From positions 510,001 through 542,000 of the forward strand of contig NZ_OZ034918.1 of assembly GCF_964030745.1 (NCBI RefSeq): DNA of 32,000 nucleotides, read 5' to 3'. The notes beneath the pieces are model-generated. The model was not told where the DNA came from. It saw only the letters and a list, made by a program, of their open reading frames with translations, and made no database searches. Positions 16,815 through 25,729 of the stretch are shown piece after piece; position 1 is the first letter of the stretch; each line of letters starts with the position of its first letter. The translations under genes were made by a program, and so were the position numbers. The DNA comes from Candidatus Saccharimonadota bacterium. Its GTDB lineage: Bacteria > Bacteroidota > Bacteroidia > Cytophagales > Amoebophilaceae.

Positions 16815-18119
16815 GAGGCCGTTGCAATAGACCTTTACGATTTGCCATAAAAAGTATCTTTTTATTTTTTAGAAGAAGGTAAAAAAAGGTTAAATTCTAT
16901 TGATTTTTTTAGGTATTGATGCTTAAAACTTTTAATAATATTGTGTATGTCGCTCAAGCAAACTAAGCAATTAAGTTTTTCAGATATTTCCGCCAATAAG
17001 CGTAAGTGCAAACACACTTTCTTTGATCAAATCAACAAGCTAGTTAATTGGTCAGTAGTAGAAAAAGCACTCCGATTACATTATCCTAAAGGTTTACGTT
17101 TATCAGGCAAACCGGCCTATAGTCCTCTGCTTCTATTCAAAATGCTATTGCTACAGACGTGGTATGGCTTGAGCGACTATGCAGTCGAAGAAGAAGTGAA
17201 TGATCGTATCACTTTTAGCAGATTTTGTGGTATTTCGATGGATAGTTCTGTTCCAGATCATAGTGTACTAAGTAGATTTAGAACTACCCTTACAGAGAAG
17301 AATGCTTTAGAAAAGTTATTGCATATCATTAATAATCAGCTATCTGATCATGGTGTATTGGTTCAAAACGGTTCAGCAGCTGTAGATGCTTCTATTACCC
17401 CTACCCCTAGACGCCCTAAAGGTAAAAAAAGCTACGATCTGCATGAAGATGGAACCATAACCACAGCTGAAAGTTATCAAAAAGGAGTAGATCCAGAAGC
17501 AAGTTGGATAAAAAAAGGCCATCATCTCTACTATGGCTATAAGCGGCATGTTCTTGTGGAAAGCAAAGAGGGGTTGGTGCTAGCCGTAGGTACCACAAAA
17601 GCATCTAGTCATGATAGTGGGCATTTACAGGTATTATTGGATAAAGTAAGGCTAAAATCAGGCAGCAGACTCTATGCAGATAAAGGCTATAGCGGGTCGC
17701 CCAACGAAAATTTACTAAAGAAAAAGAAGTTAAAATCAGCTATTCAGAAAAAAGGGGCTAGAAACAATCCTTTATCACCCACTGCTAAACGGTTTAATAA
17801 ATTAGTATCTAAAACGCGCTATAAAGTAGAACGGGTATTTGGAAGTATTAAAAGTTGGTTCCGTAGCTCAGGAGCCAGATATATAGGCCTTGCTAAAACC
17901 CATACGCAACATGTTATGGAGGCAATAGCCTATAACTTATATAGGTCCCCAAACATCATATTAAGAGGTATCTAGGGGAATGGTGTGTCCAAAATAGATT
18001 GAAAATGACTAAAAAATCAGTAAATAAATAGTTTTATACCACTATAACATCAAATATGGCAAGGAAATAACCCTGGAAGATTAATCAAAATTATACCTTC
18101 AACCTATCACAACGGCCTC
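16815..18119 (+). mobile_element. IS5-family insertion sequence (about 1.3 kb), apparently intact
   Basis: Terminal inverted repeats GAGGCCGTTGCAATAG (16815-) and the reverse complement of 18119- (GAGGCCGTTGTGATAG) match at 14/16. Flanked by ATTTT on both sides (16810..16814 and 18120..18124). Single DDE transposase ORF inside. Confidence 0.85.
16947..17975 (+). CDS. IS5-family DDE transposase (DUF772 N-terminal + DDE_Tnp_1)
   Basis: 342 aa from ATG 16947. N-terminal LLFKMLLLQTWYGLSDYAVEEEVNDRITFSRFCGI is typical of IS5-group transposases. Candidate DDE residues lie in AAVDASITPTP, LYADKGYSG and RYKVERVFGSIK. Confidence 0.9.
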   Translation: MSLKQTKQLSFSDISANKRKCKHTFFDQINKLVNWSVVEKALRLHYPKGLRLSGKPAYSPLLLFKMLLLQTWYGLSDYAVEEEVNDRITFSRFCGISMDSSVPDHSVLSRFRTTLTEKNALEKLLHIINNQLSDHGVLVQNGSAAVDASITPTPRRPKGKKSYDLHEDGTITTAESYQKGVDPEASWIKKGHHLYYGYKRHVLVESKEGLVLAVGTTKASSHDSGHLQVLLDKVRLKSGSRLYADKGYSGSPNENLLKKKKLKSAIQKKGARNNPLSPTAKRFNKLVSKTRYKVERVFGSIKSWFRSSGARYIGLAKTHTQHVMEAIAYNLYRSPNIILRGI

Positions 18120-18144
18120 ATTTTTTTATCGAAAGAGACGCGGG
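18120..18144. repeat. displaced right terminal arm of the palindromic element split by the IS
   Basis: tttttatcgaaagaga (18123..18138) is the inverted partner of 16649..16664. After removing the IS and one ATTTT copy, the two arms lie nearly symmetric around the 16735 hairpin centre. Confidence 0.6.
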
Positions 18145-18252
18145 GGCTGGTAATGGACTAGCCACTTGCTTTTTCAGCCAAACGTAGCGTATGCGTTTAA
18201 CGCTATGGCCATAGTAGAAAAATGCCCCTGTAAAAAGTGGGGAAATAGGCCT

Positions 18253-18437
18253 CATCCCTTGCAGATGATTAGGAAAAACAGATTCCTTTGAAGCCCGCGC
18301 AGCGGGCGACTTCTGTTTTTCCATCTGTAAGGGGTGAGGTCCCCCACTTTTTACCGAGGGCTTGATTTTTTGTCCACTTTTTTATCAAGAAAAAAGTGGA
18401 ACACAATTCATTATTAACCAGTGACGTGAATAGATAC
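18253..18437. repeat. ~186-bp structured intergenic repeat, copy B (better preserved hairpins)
   Basis: Aligns with 3765..3950. Contains a nested hairpin, ggaaaaacaga...gcccgc gca gcgggc...tctgtttttcc (18272..18322), and a second one, tgtccactttttt atcaag aaaaaagtggaaca (18371..18403). Confidence 0.85.
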
Positions 18438-18439
18438 TC

Positions 18440-19951
18440 TTATTGTTTTGTAAGGCCAATAGACTTTTTCCATCTAATGGTCAAGATATAAAAGGTGGCT
18501 AAAATGATTATATGTAGGAAAATATAGGCCCATCCTGCTCCTAAAAACGCTAGTTTAGCCCGCCATAAGGAAACTTTATCCAATGCTAAAAAGGTAGCCA
18601 AAAGCAATAAAAAACCATGCTTATGATAAGGTATTGGATAACATTTTTGACCAATATAGTATCCCAGTAACCCCATAGCAACTGCACCACTCATAGAGGC
18701 ATATACACACCCCCAATGGCCCAGTGTCGGTATCAATAGTAATGCCGTACACCAAATCACCAAAGTACCCAATGCACTGATCCAAGTGTTATATCGTGGA
18801 TGGGCACTCAATTTAAAAGCAGCACTCAAGTTGTAATAAACACCTAAAAGGATATGCGCAAATGCTAAATAGGGCACAGTGTCAATGGTATGACGATAAT
18901 CTGCATTTGGAATCAGGATCTTAGCCACCCAGTTTATATTTACACTAAAAAGCAATAGACAGCAGCAGGATGCTAATATAAATAGGTGCATCGTTTGACT
19001 ATATAATTTTAGTGCCTCCCTGCGTGCTGAGTTGGCAAAAAAGAATGGTTCTGCAGCATGTTTAAAGGCTTGAATCCCTAGTGTAATACATAAAGTCAGC
19101 TTACAAGAAGTGCCAAAGTTACCTAATATTGCTTCCTTTGTATGGGTGACATAAAAATTACTAGGAACCAATTTTCGAAACAACAAGAGCGGAAGTGTTT
19201 CATTCATTCTAAAAAATAGCGTTGTTAAAAAAGACGTGGCTGCATAACCTCCTATCGTTTGAATGGTACGGTTGTTCCAAATCAAATGAAATCCCTTAAA
19301 ATTTGGCAATAGAAGGGTTAAAGCGGTTAGGCTAGACAACAAATTAGCTATAAAAACGGCATCTAATCCATTGAAACTTACCTTTATGTTCAAATAACTA
19401 TCCAATAAATATTCTATACATCTCAAACATAGAGGACAGCAAAGCAAAAGAAAAGAAAAGAAAAGACTAGCAAAAGCTTGTAAACATTTCACCAACAGCA
19501 ACCACAAGGTTTTTTTTGCTACACGTAAACGGGCATAGGGAATCATCAGTAGCGTATCAAGCATAAGAATACCAGTCATATAATAGAAATAACGTATATG
19601 GGCTAGGTGGTTGGTGATTCTTGCAATTTGTGGCGTATATATAATCAGTAGGGTTGATAAAATAATACTAGTAACCAACAATATAGTTACAATTATATTA
19701 AAGGTATATTGTTTGCCTAATATATGTACATACCTAAAATAGGTCATATCCATGGCCAAGTCATAGATGACATGACCCAAAGCAATATAACTTCCATAGA
19801 ATTCTATAACGATACTGTATGCACTGGGTGTCAGCACATTGGTTTGAAGTAGTAAAGCAAAATAGGCACATCCGCGTACAATAATGTTGCTTATGCTATA
19901 TATAATGGTTTCTTTACCAAGTGTTTTAACTGTGTTGTGCATCGTAGCCAT
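18440..19951 (-). CDS. MOP-superfamily oligosaccharide/polysaccharide flippase (Wzx-like)
   Basis: 503 aa with about 12-14 TM segments. The N-terminus GKETIIYSISNIIVRGCAYFALLLQTNVLTPSAYSIVIEFYGSYIAL...MDMTYFRY resembles Bacteroidota 'polysaccharide biosynthesis / flippase family' proteins. The last gene of an apparent adk-obg-flippase co-directional unit. Confidence 0.65.
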   Translation of the reverse strand: MATMHNTVKTLGKETIIYSISNIIVRGCAYFALLLQTNVLTPSAYSIVIEFYGSYIALGHVIYDLAMDMTYFRYVHILGKQYTFNIIVTILLVTSIILSTLLIIYTPQIARITNHLAHIRYFYYMTGILMLDTLLMIPYARLRVAKKTLWLLLVKCLQAFASLFFSFLLLCCPLCLRCIEYLLDSYLNIKVSFNGLDAVFIANLLSSLTALTLLLPNFKGFHLIWNNRTIQTIGGYAATSFLTTLFFRMNETLPLLLFRKLVPSNFYVTHTKEAILGNFGTSCKLTLCITLGIQAFKHAAEPFFFANSARREALKLYSQTMHLFILASCCCLLLFSVNINWVAKILIPNADYRHTIDTVPYLAFAHILLGVYYNLSAAFKLSAHPRYNTWISALGTLVIWCTALLLIPTLGHWGCVYASMSGAVAMGLLGYYIGQKCYPIPYHKHGFLLLLATFLALDKVSLWRAKLAFLGAGWAYIFLHIIILATFYILTIRWKKSIGLTKQ

Positions 19952-19991
19952 TAGATATTCAACGTCCTGCTTTCGTAACGCATTACATGCG

Positions 19992-21008
19992 TTACGTGGA
20001 CAGCCCTTGGGCTACTCCACCAGCAAGTTTTTCCCAGATGAGGTCTTTAAGGCGCGCAATACCCTCGCCCGTACTAGCAGAAATAGGGCAACATGTTATT
20101 TCTTTAGGTAAGTTTTCGAATAAGGTTTTACGTGCTGTTTGGTCTAGTAAGTCTATTTTTGACACAACCAATAACCTTGGTTTGGCTAATAATAAAGGAT
20201 TATGCGCTTCCAGCTCACTGAGCAACAGTTCATAGTTTGCATGGATATCGTTAGATTCTACACTAACCATAAATAGTAAAATGGCATTGCGTTCAATATG
20301 GCGTAGAAAACGTGTGCCCAAACCCCTTCCAGTAGCTGCTCCTTCTATAATCCCTGGAATATCTGCCATTACAAAAGAATAATCCTCCCGATAGGCTACC
20401 ACACCAAGATTAGGTACTAAAGTGGTAAAAGGATAACTATCAATGCGGGGTTTAGCTGCTGATACAACCGAAAGCAACGTAGATTTACCTGCATTCGGTA
20501 ACCCTACAAGGCCTACATCGGCCAATAATTTCAGCTCCAATACCATCCAGTCTTCCATACCCGCTTCTCCCGGATAAGCGATACGGGGCGTTTGGTGGGT
20601 AGGCGCTTTAAAGTGGGTATTTCCCCAGCCACCTTTCCCCCCTTCCATTAAAATATATTTTTTTTTGTCTTCCAACACCTCTACCAGTACTTCTTCATGA
20701 TCTGCTCTTTTGGCTACTGTACCTAATGGTACATCTATGATCACATCCTTGCCACTTGCACCTGTTTTGCAGCTATCACCACCGGGCTCCCCGTTGGATG
20801 CGATGATATGCTTTCGGTATTTAAGATGGAGTAAAGTACCATATTGTTTGGCACCACGCAAAATGATGTGGCCCCCTCGACCACCATCACCTCCATCTGG
20901 CCCACCTTTTGGAACAAATTTGGCACGTATAAAATGGACAAGCCCAGCCCCTCCCTTTCCAGCGCGCAGGTAAAGCTTCACATGATCAATAAAGTTGGGT
21001 AATGACAT
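19992..21008 (-). CDS. obg: GTPase Obg/CgtA
   Basis: 338 aa. Glycine-rich Obg fold (GKGGAGLVHF...PDGGDGGRGGHIIL) and G motifs GLVGLPNAGKST, DIPGIIEGA and SKID. Confidence 0.96.
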   Translation of the reverse strand: MSLPNFIDHVKLYLRAGKGGAGLVHFIRAKFVPKGGPDGGDGGRGGHIILRGAKQYGTLLHLKYRKHIIASNGEPGGDSCKTGASGKDVIIDVPLGTVAKRADHEEVLVEVLEDKKKYILMEGGKGGWGNTHFKAPTHQTPRIAYPGEAGMEDWMVLELKLLADVGLVGLPNAGKSTLLSVVSAAKPRIDSYPFTTLVPNLGVVAYREDYSFVMADIPGIIEGAATGRGLGTRFLRHIERNAILLFMVSVESNDIHANYELLLSELEAHNPLLLAKPRLLVVSKIDLLDQTARKTLFENLPKEITCCPISASTGEGIARLKDLIWEKLAGGVAQGLST

Positions 21009-21013
21009 AGTCG

Positions 21014-21592
21014 TTATGGTCTTAGACCATCAATAATGGTTTCAATCGCCTTTGTGACGGTATCTACATTTTGTGTACCATCTATGCTATGCAACTTCCC
21101 TTGAGATTTGTAATAGTGGACAATGGGTAATGTTTCTTCTTCGTATATGCGCATACGTGTTTTAATTTTTATATCGTCCTGGTCATCAGGCCTTTCCTCA
21201 ATTGTTGCACGGTTCTTAAGCCGTTGTATCAAAATATTTCTGGGTACATCTAAAAAAATCACCCCATCTATTTGGGCATGGCATTGCTTTAAAAAATGCT
21301 CTAAGAAGGTTACTTGTGCAATGGTCCTAGGAAAGCCATCAAATAAAAAAGAAGTGTCAGAAGGATGTGCTTGTACCAATTGGGTTGCCAATTCAAAGGA
21401 GAGATGGTCTGGTACCAATTGTCCACTGTTGATGTATCCTTCAATTAATGATTTATTGGCCCCATTTTCTGCCATTTGTTGGCGCAACAAAGCCCCCAAA
21501 GCGATAGGTATAAAGCGATATTTTTGAACCATCCTTTCAGCTTGTGTGCCTTTTCCTGATCCAGGAGGACCCACTAGAATAATGTTAAACAT
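21014..21592 (-). CDS. adk: adenylate kinase (short-lid type)
   Basis: 192 aa. P-loop GPPGSGKGTQ and LFDGFPRT. Short LID region without a Cys4 zinc knuckle. Confidence 0.96.
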   Translation of the reverse strand: MFNIILVGPPGSGKGTQAERMVQKYRFIPIALGALLRQQMAENGANKSLIEGYINSGQLVPDHLSFELATQLVQAHPSDTSFLFDGFPRTIAQVTFLEHFLKQCHAQIDGVIFLDVPRNILIQRLKNRATIEERPDDQDDIKIKTRMRIYEEETLPIVHYYKSQGKLHSIDGTQNVDTVTKAIETIIDGLRP

Positions 21593-21853
21593 AAATCAGA
21601 ATGCGTTTTGATTAAAAATGTAAATAAAATTAATACAAAGTTACGCATAATGGTTTTTCGGTGCTTGAAAATAGCACTTAAAAACTTTCCATAGAAAAGA
21701 TATGGATATCCGTTGGACCCTACTCGATTGCTATTATAATAGGGGCATAGCAAAGCAGATCATATGGGAAAGTGGTAAAAAGGCAAAAAGCATACTATAA
21801 CACTGGATTAAATATTTTATCAGCAGCTTGTTTACCTAAAAAGCGAATACCCC

Positions 21854-22885
21854 TTAATTCATCAGTACACTGCGATAGGTCTCTATATCTTTTAATGCAG
21901 TACCGGTACCCCGCACCACTGCTTGTAAGGGTTCGTCTGCCACATGAACGGGAAGCTTCGTGATCTTATGCAAACGTTTATCTAAACCACGCAATAAGGC
22001 CCCTCCTCCTGTCAAATGAATCCCATTTTTGTATATATCAGAAGCCAATTCAGGTGGAGCCATTTCCAATGCTTTTAACACCGCATCATCAATTTTTAGA
22101 GCCGATTCTTCTAAAGCAACAGCTATCTCCTTGTAGCTTACCGATATAATCTTAGGAATACCGGTCATAAGGTCTTTTCCATGTACTTCGTAATCAGCTG
22201 GTGGTTCACCTAAATCCATCCAAACTGCTCCTACAGCTATTTTAATTTGTTCTGCAGTACGCTCTCCAATCACTAGGTTATGCTGCTTGCGCATATAATC
22301 CAGTATATCCTTGTTGAAAGCGTTACCTGCTACTTTAATCGATTGATCGCATGCAATGCCAGATAAGGATATAACCGCTATTTCTGTTGTGCCTCCACCA
22401 ATGTCCACAATCATACAGCCAATAGGCTCTCCAATTTTAACGCCTATGCCTATAGCAGCGGCAATAGGCTCATAAATCATATAGACTTCTTTGGCACCTG
22501 TATGGGCAGCGGAGTCCCGAACCGCCCTTTTTTCCACATCAGTGGTACCAGATGGAATGCAGATGATAATTCTATTAAATAATGGGGGGAAAAACGACAA
22601 CTTTTTTTTAGATAACATCTTGATCATCCCTTGAATCATCAGCTCTGCTGCATGATAATCTGCAATTACACCATCTCTGAGCGGTTTAATGGTTCTGATT
22701 GTATCATGCGTTTTTTCATGCATTTGCATGGCAGCTTTTCCCACTGCTATCATTTTATTTGTGTTCCGATCTATTGCTATAATAGATGGCTCATCTACAA
22801 CGATTTTATCGTTGTAGATGATTAAAGTATTAGCCGTTCCTAGATCGACCGCAATATCCATGTAAAAATAACTCCAAATTCCCAT
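21854..22885 (-). CDS. mreB: rod-shape determining actin homologue MreB
   Basis: 343 aa. DIAVDLGTANTLI, VICIPSGTTDVEKRA, MIVDIGGGTTEIAVISL and GIHLTGGGALLRGLD. Confidence 0.96.
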   Translation of the reverse strand: MGIWSYFYMDIAVDLGTANTLIIYNDKIVVDEPSIIAIDRNTNKMIAVGKAAMQMHEKTHDTIRTIKPLRDGVIADYHAAELMIQGMIKMLSKKKLSFFPPLFNRIIICIPSGTTDVEKRAVRDSAAHTGAKEVYMIYEPIAAAIGIGVKIGEPIGCMIVDIGGGTTEIAVISLSGIACDQSIKVAGNAFNKDILDYMRKQHNLVIGERTAEQIKIAVGAVWMDLGEPPADYEVHGKDLMTGIPKIISVSYKEIAVALEESALKIDDAVLKALEMAPPELASDIYKNGIHLTGGGALLRGLDKRLHKITKLPVHVADEPLQAVVRGTGTALKDIETYRSVLMN

Positions 22886-23007
22886 GTATGATAAACGTGA
22901 TAGATTGATGCGCCAGACTTCCTTGGAAACGCCACTGCTCGAAAGAAGTCTATTAAAAATTTCAATAAAAGATTACCAAACCTAATATCACCCACGCCAT
23001 TATGTTC

Positions 23008-23799
23008 TTAAAACTTAAGCAGTGAAAGTGTTACACCATCAAAACAAGCATAGGTATCATGAAAGAGCCAGTCCCCAAGGTTACAATAACTGCTTGAATG
23101 GTTCAACGCCTTTATATATGGACAATGTGTATGGCCAAATATATAAAATTCGTGGTGATTAAAAGGTTCTATCTTATCTTTACAATAATGAAATATACGG
23201 TCCTTTTCTTGTAAAAACGAGGGGTTCGTCCGTTTTTTTTTTGCAAGATAACGGTATACCCTATTATACACCCAATCAGGCGGCAAAGCGCGCACAAAAG
23301 ATTGGAGCCAACTACTATGATATAATCTACGGAGTAGGGTATAACGTATGGTGGCATGAAAAGTATCGCCATGACCCACCAAAAACCGCTTATCAGCAAT
23401 GGTAATAGATGCTGGTTCTCTAAACAACTGAACACCACATTCTTGTGTTAAATAATCTATGGCCCACCCATCATGGTTCCCTAAAAAAAAATAAACAGCT
23501 ATCCCTGCTTTGTAAAATTCCCAAAGTTTTGCTTGAAATCGAATGGCACCTTTGGGAACAAGATGCTTATACTCAAACCAAAAATCAAAAATATCTCCTA
23601 GTAAAAATAGCGCTTGTGCTTGTGGTTGTATATAATCCAACCAGTCTAGGACTTTATCCTCTAACTGGGGAGATATGGCTACCCCACTGGGCCGAAGAGG
23701 TAAATGCAAATCTGATATAAAAAAGATTTTCTGCTCTAGTTTTTGTATCTGTATCAAAGCTGTAAAATAAAGAATATATATTTTTAAGCTTAAGCTCAA
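23008..23799 (-). CDS. lpxH: UDP-2,3-diacylglucosamine diphosphatase LpxH (calcineurin-like metallophosphoesterase)
   Basis: FFISDLHL, LLGDIFDFWFEY, GNHD, GHGD and GHTH motifs, with size typical of LpxH. The start is uncertain: 23799 is a TTG, and another in-frame TTG lies at 23757. Confidence 0.8.
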   Translation of the reverse strand: MSLSLKIYILYFTALIQIQKLEQKIFFISDLHLPLRPSGVAISPQLEDKVLDWLDYIQPQAQALFLLGDIFDFWFEYKHLVPKGAIRFQAKLWEFYKAGIAVYFFLGNHDGWAIDYLTQECGVQLFREPASITIADKRFLVGHGDTFHATIRYTLLRRLYHSSWLQSFVRALPPDWVYNRVYRYLAKKKRTNPSFLQEKDRIFHYCKDKIEPFNHHEFYIFGHTHCPYIKALNHSSSYCNLGDWLFHDTYACFDGVTLSLLKF

Positions 23800-23976
23800 C
23801 TAAATAATATATTTAAATGGGCAAATTGCTTAAGTGGCAGCAGCCTAGGTTTTAAATTTATTTAAAAAAAATATTAGCTTTGGATTGCAGCAATAAAGGT
23901 CATCAGAAGGCCTACTTTAGCAAGCCTAGCAAAAGCTTTCTATGAAGCGCTCAATCAATCCTAACCAAATAGATAA

Positions 23977-25470
23977 ATGTCTACTACAGATCCTGCTTTA
24001 GATCAACTCAATTTAGATGATGCCAACCATACACTCAAAGAGTTGATTGCACATGCACAAGCCTATGGCTTTATCTATCCATCCAGTGAAATTTATGATG
24101 GCCTGCAATCGATTTATGATTATGGCCCTTATGGCGTAGCGCTAAAGCGAAATCTACAAAACTTTTGGTGGCAAAGCATGACCCAATTGCATCAAAATAT
24201 TGTAGGGATTGATGCGGCCATTATGATGCACCCTACTACCTGGCAGGCTTCTGGCCATATAGATGGGTTTACAGATCCAATGGTAGACAATAAGGATTCT
24301 CAAAAGCGGTATCGGGTCGATATACTGATAGAGGAACATGCCGCGCAATTAATCGCCAAAGGTCAGGCTACGCAAGCACAAGCTTTAATAGAAGAGATGG
24401 AGGCCTGTTTACAGGCTGGCAACCTAACTGGGTTAGATCAACTACTGGAGACATTCGCTATCGCATGCCCCCTATCTAAGACTACTGATTGGACGCCTGT
24501 ACGTCAATTTAACCTTATGTTTTCCACTCAAGTAGGTGCACAAAATGACGCGACAACTATTTATTTGCGTCCAGAAACGGCCCAGGGTATTTTTGTCAAT
24601 TTTTTAAATGTGCAAAAAACAGCACGGATGAAGATTCCTTTTGGCATCGCCCAAGTTGGAAAAGCATTTCGCAATGAGATTGTAGCACGTCAATTTACTT
24701 TCCGTATGCGTGAGTTTGAGCAAATGGAAATGCAGTTTTTTATTCAACCGGGAACAGAAAAAAGGTGGTTTGAATATTGGCAAGAAACACGTAAAAATTG
24801 GTATAGTAGCCTAGGCATTGAGCCACAAAAACTCAACCTACATCCCCACAAGCAATTGGCACATTATGCAACAGCTGCGGTTGACATTGAATATGCATTC
24901 CCATTTGGCTATAAAGAAGTAGAAGGCATTCATTCTAGAACAGACTTTGACCTAAAGCGCCATGCACATTATGCTAAAAAGCGATTACAATACTTTGACC
25001 CTGATTTGCAAGAGCATTATACACCATATGTGATAGAGACTTCTGCAGGTCTTGACCGATTGGTTTTAATGGTGTTGAGCAATGCTTTAACCAAAACGAA
25101 TAACCCAACAGAGGAAAAAGAGCACAGAACCTACTTAAAGCTACCACCTCCTCTAGCACCTATTAAAGCAGCTATTTTTCCACTGGTTAAAAAGGATGGC
25201 TTAGCCGAGAAGGCCCTAGCGCTCTTCCATCAGCTCAAATATGACTTTCCGCTGATTTATGAAGAAGCACAATCGATTGGCAAACGATATACCAGACAAG
25301 ATCTCATCGGCACACCTTACTGTATTACCATTGACTACCAAACACTAGAAGATGAAACCGTGACCATACGGGAACGAGATTCCATGACGCAACGTCGCTG
25401 TAACATTGCTGAAATAGCGGACCACTTGCATGCCACAACCAGTATAAAATCACTACTAGCCCGATTTTGA
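23977..25470 (+). CDS. glyQS: glycine--tRNA ligase (homodimeric class II type)
   Basis: 497 aa. YGFIYPSSEIYDGL, LRPETAQGIFVNF and GKAFRNEIVARQFTFRMREFEQMEMQFF (motif 2), plus a C-terminal anticodon-binding domain. Confidence 0.96.
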   Translation: MSTTDPALDQLNLDDANHTLKELIAHAQAYGFIYPSSEIYDGLQSIYDYGPYGVALKRNLQNFWWQSMTQLHQNIVGIDAAIMMHPTTWQASGHIDGFTDPMVDNKDSQKRYRVDILIEEHAAQLIAKGQATQAQALIEEMEACLQAGNLTGLDQLLETFAIACPLSKTTDWTPVRQFNLMFSTQVGAQNDATTIYLRPETAQGIFVNFLNVQKTARMKIPFGIAQVGKAFRNEIVARQFTFRMREFEQMEMQFFIQPGTEKRWFEYWQETRKNWYSSLGIEPQKLNLHPHKQLAHYATAAVDIEYAFPFGYKEVEGIHSRTDFDLKRHAHYAKKRLQYFDPDLQEHYTPYVIETSAGLDRLVLMVLSNALTKTNNPTEEKEHRTYLKLPPPLAPIKAAIFPLVKKDGLAEKALALFHQLKYDFPLIYEEAQSIGKRYTRQDLIGTPYCITIDYQTLEDETVTIRERDSMTQRRCNIAEIADHLHATTSIKSLLARF

Positions 25471-25576
25471 AAGCCATTAGAAATAGGTTTCAGAAGAGGG
25501 CTAATATAGTTAAAAAACTAGACTACACTTGATTTATTTAAGAAATATTGGTATCGTTGTATGATTTCTATTGCTA

Positions 25577-25650
25577 GGGGGATTAGCTCAGTTGGCTAGA
25601 GCGTCTCGATGGCATCGAGAAGGCCGGGGGTTCGAGTCCCCCATTCTCCA
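25577..25650 (+). tRNA. tRNA-Ala (anticodon GGC), CCA not encoded
   Basis: Hand-folded cloverleaf. Acceptor gggggat/attctcc with the G3:U70 alanine identity pair. D arm gctc-agttggcta-gagc. Anticodon arm tctcg-atGGCat-cgaga. T arm ggggg-ttcgagt-ccccc. Discriminator A, 74 nt. Confidence 0.9.
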
Positions 25651-25658
25651 CTGGACTT

Positions 25659-25697
25659 CTTTTGAGGGGTGCTTATACAGGCGTAACACCTCAAAAG
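25659..25697 (+). terminator. stem-loop immediately downstream of tRNA-Ala (termination or processing structure)
   Basis: cttttgaggggt / acacctcaaaag pair at 11 of 12 positions with a 15-nt loop. There is no downstream T-run, so an intrinsic-terminator call is tentative. Confidence 0.35.
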
Positions 25698-25729
25698 CAG
25701 CCTACCAGATAAAGCTTATACCTTTAACG

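Noticed and set aside
18371-18403. Hairpin tgtccactttttt/aaaaaagtggaaca as an intrinsic terminator for the flippase or the fusion gene
   Set aside because: On neither strand is the stem followed by a U-run; the T/A runs are part of the stem itself. It also recurs, decayed, in copy A, so it is better explained as part of the repeat structure.
23875-23882. Exact TAnnTTTG (tagctttg) upstream of glyQS as a promoter -7 box
   Set aside because: It lies about 95 nt from the ATG with no -33 element, and the motif is expected by chance at appreciable frequency in AT-rich intergenic DNA.
25571-25729. N-terminal 53 codons of the tracked 626-aa ORF (MLGGLAQLARASRWHREGRGFESPILH...)
   Set aside because: This stretch is the translation of tRNA-Ala and its downstream hairpin. 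The real lipoprotein start is the ATG at 25730, which gives a proper signal peptide.
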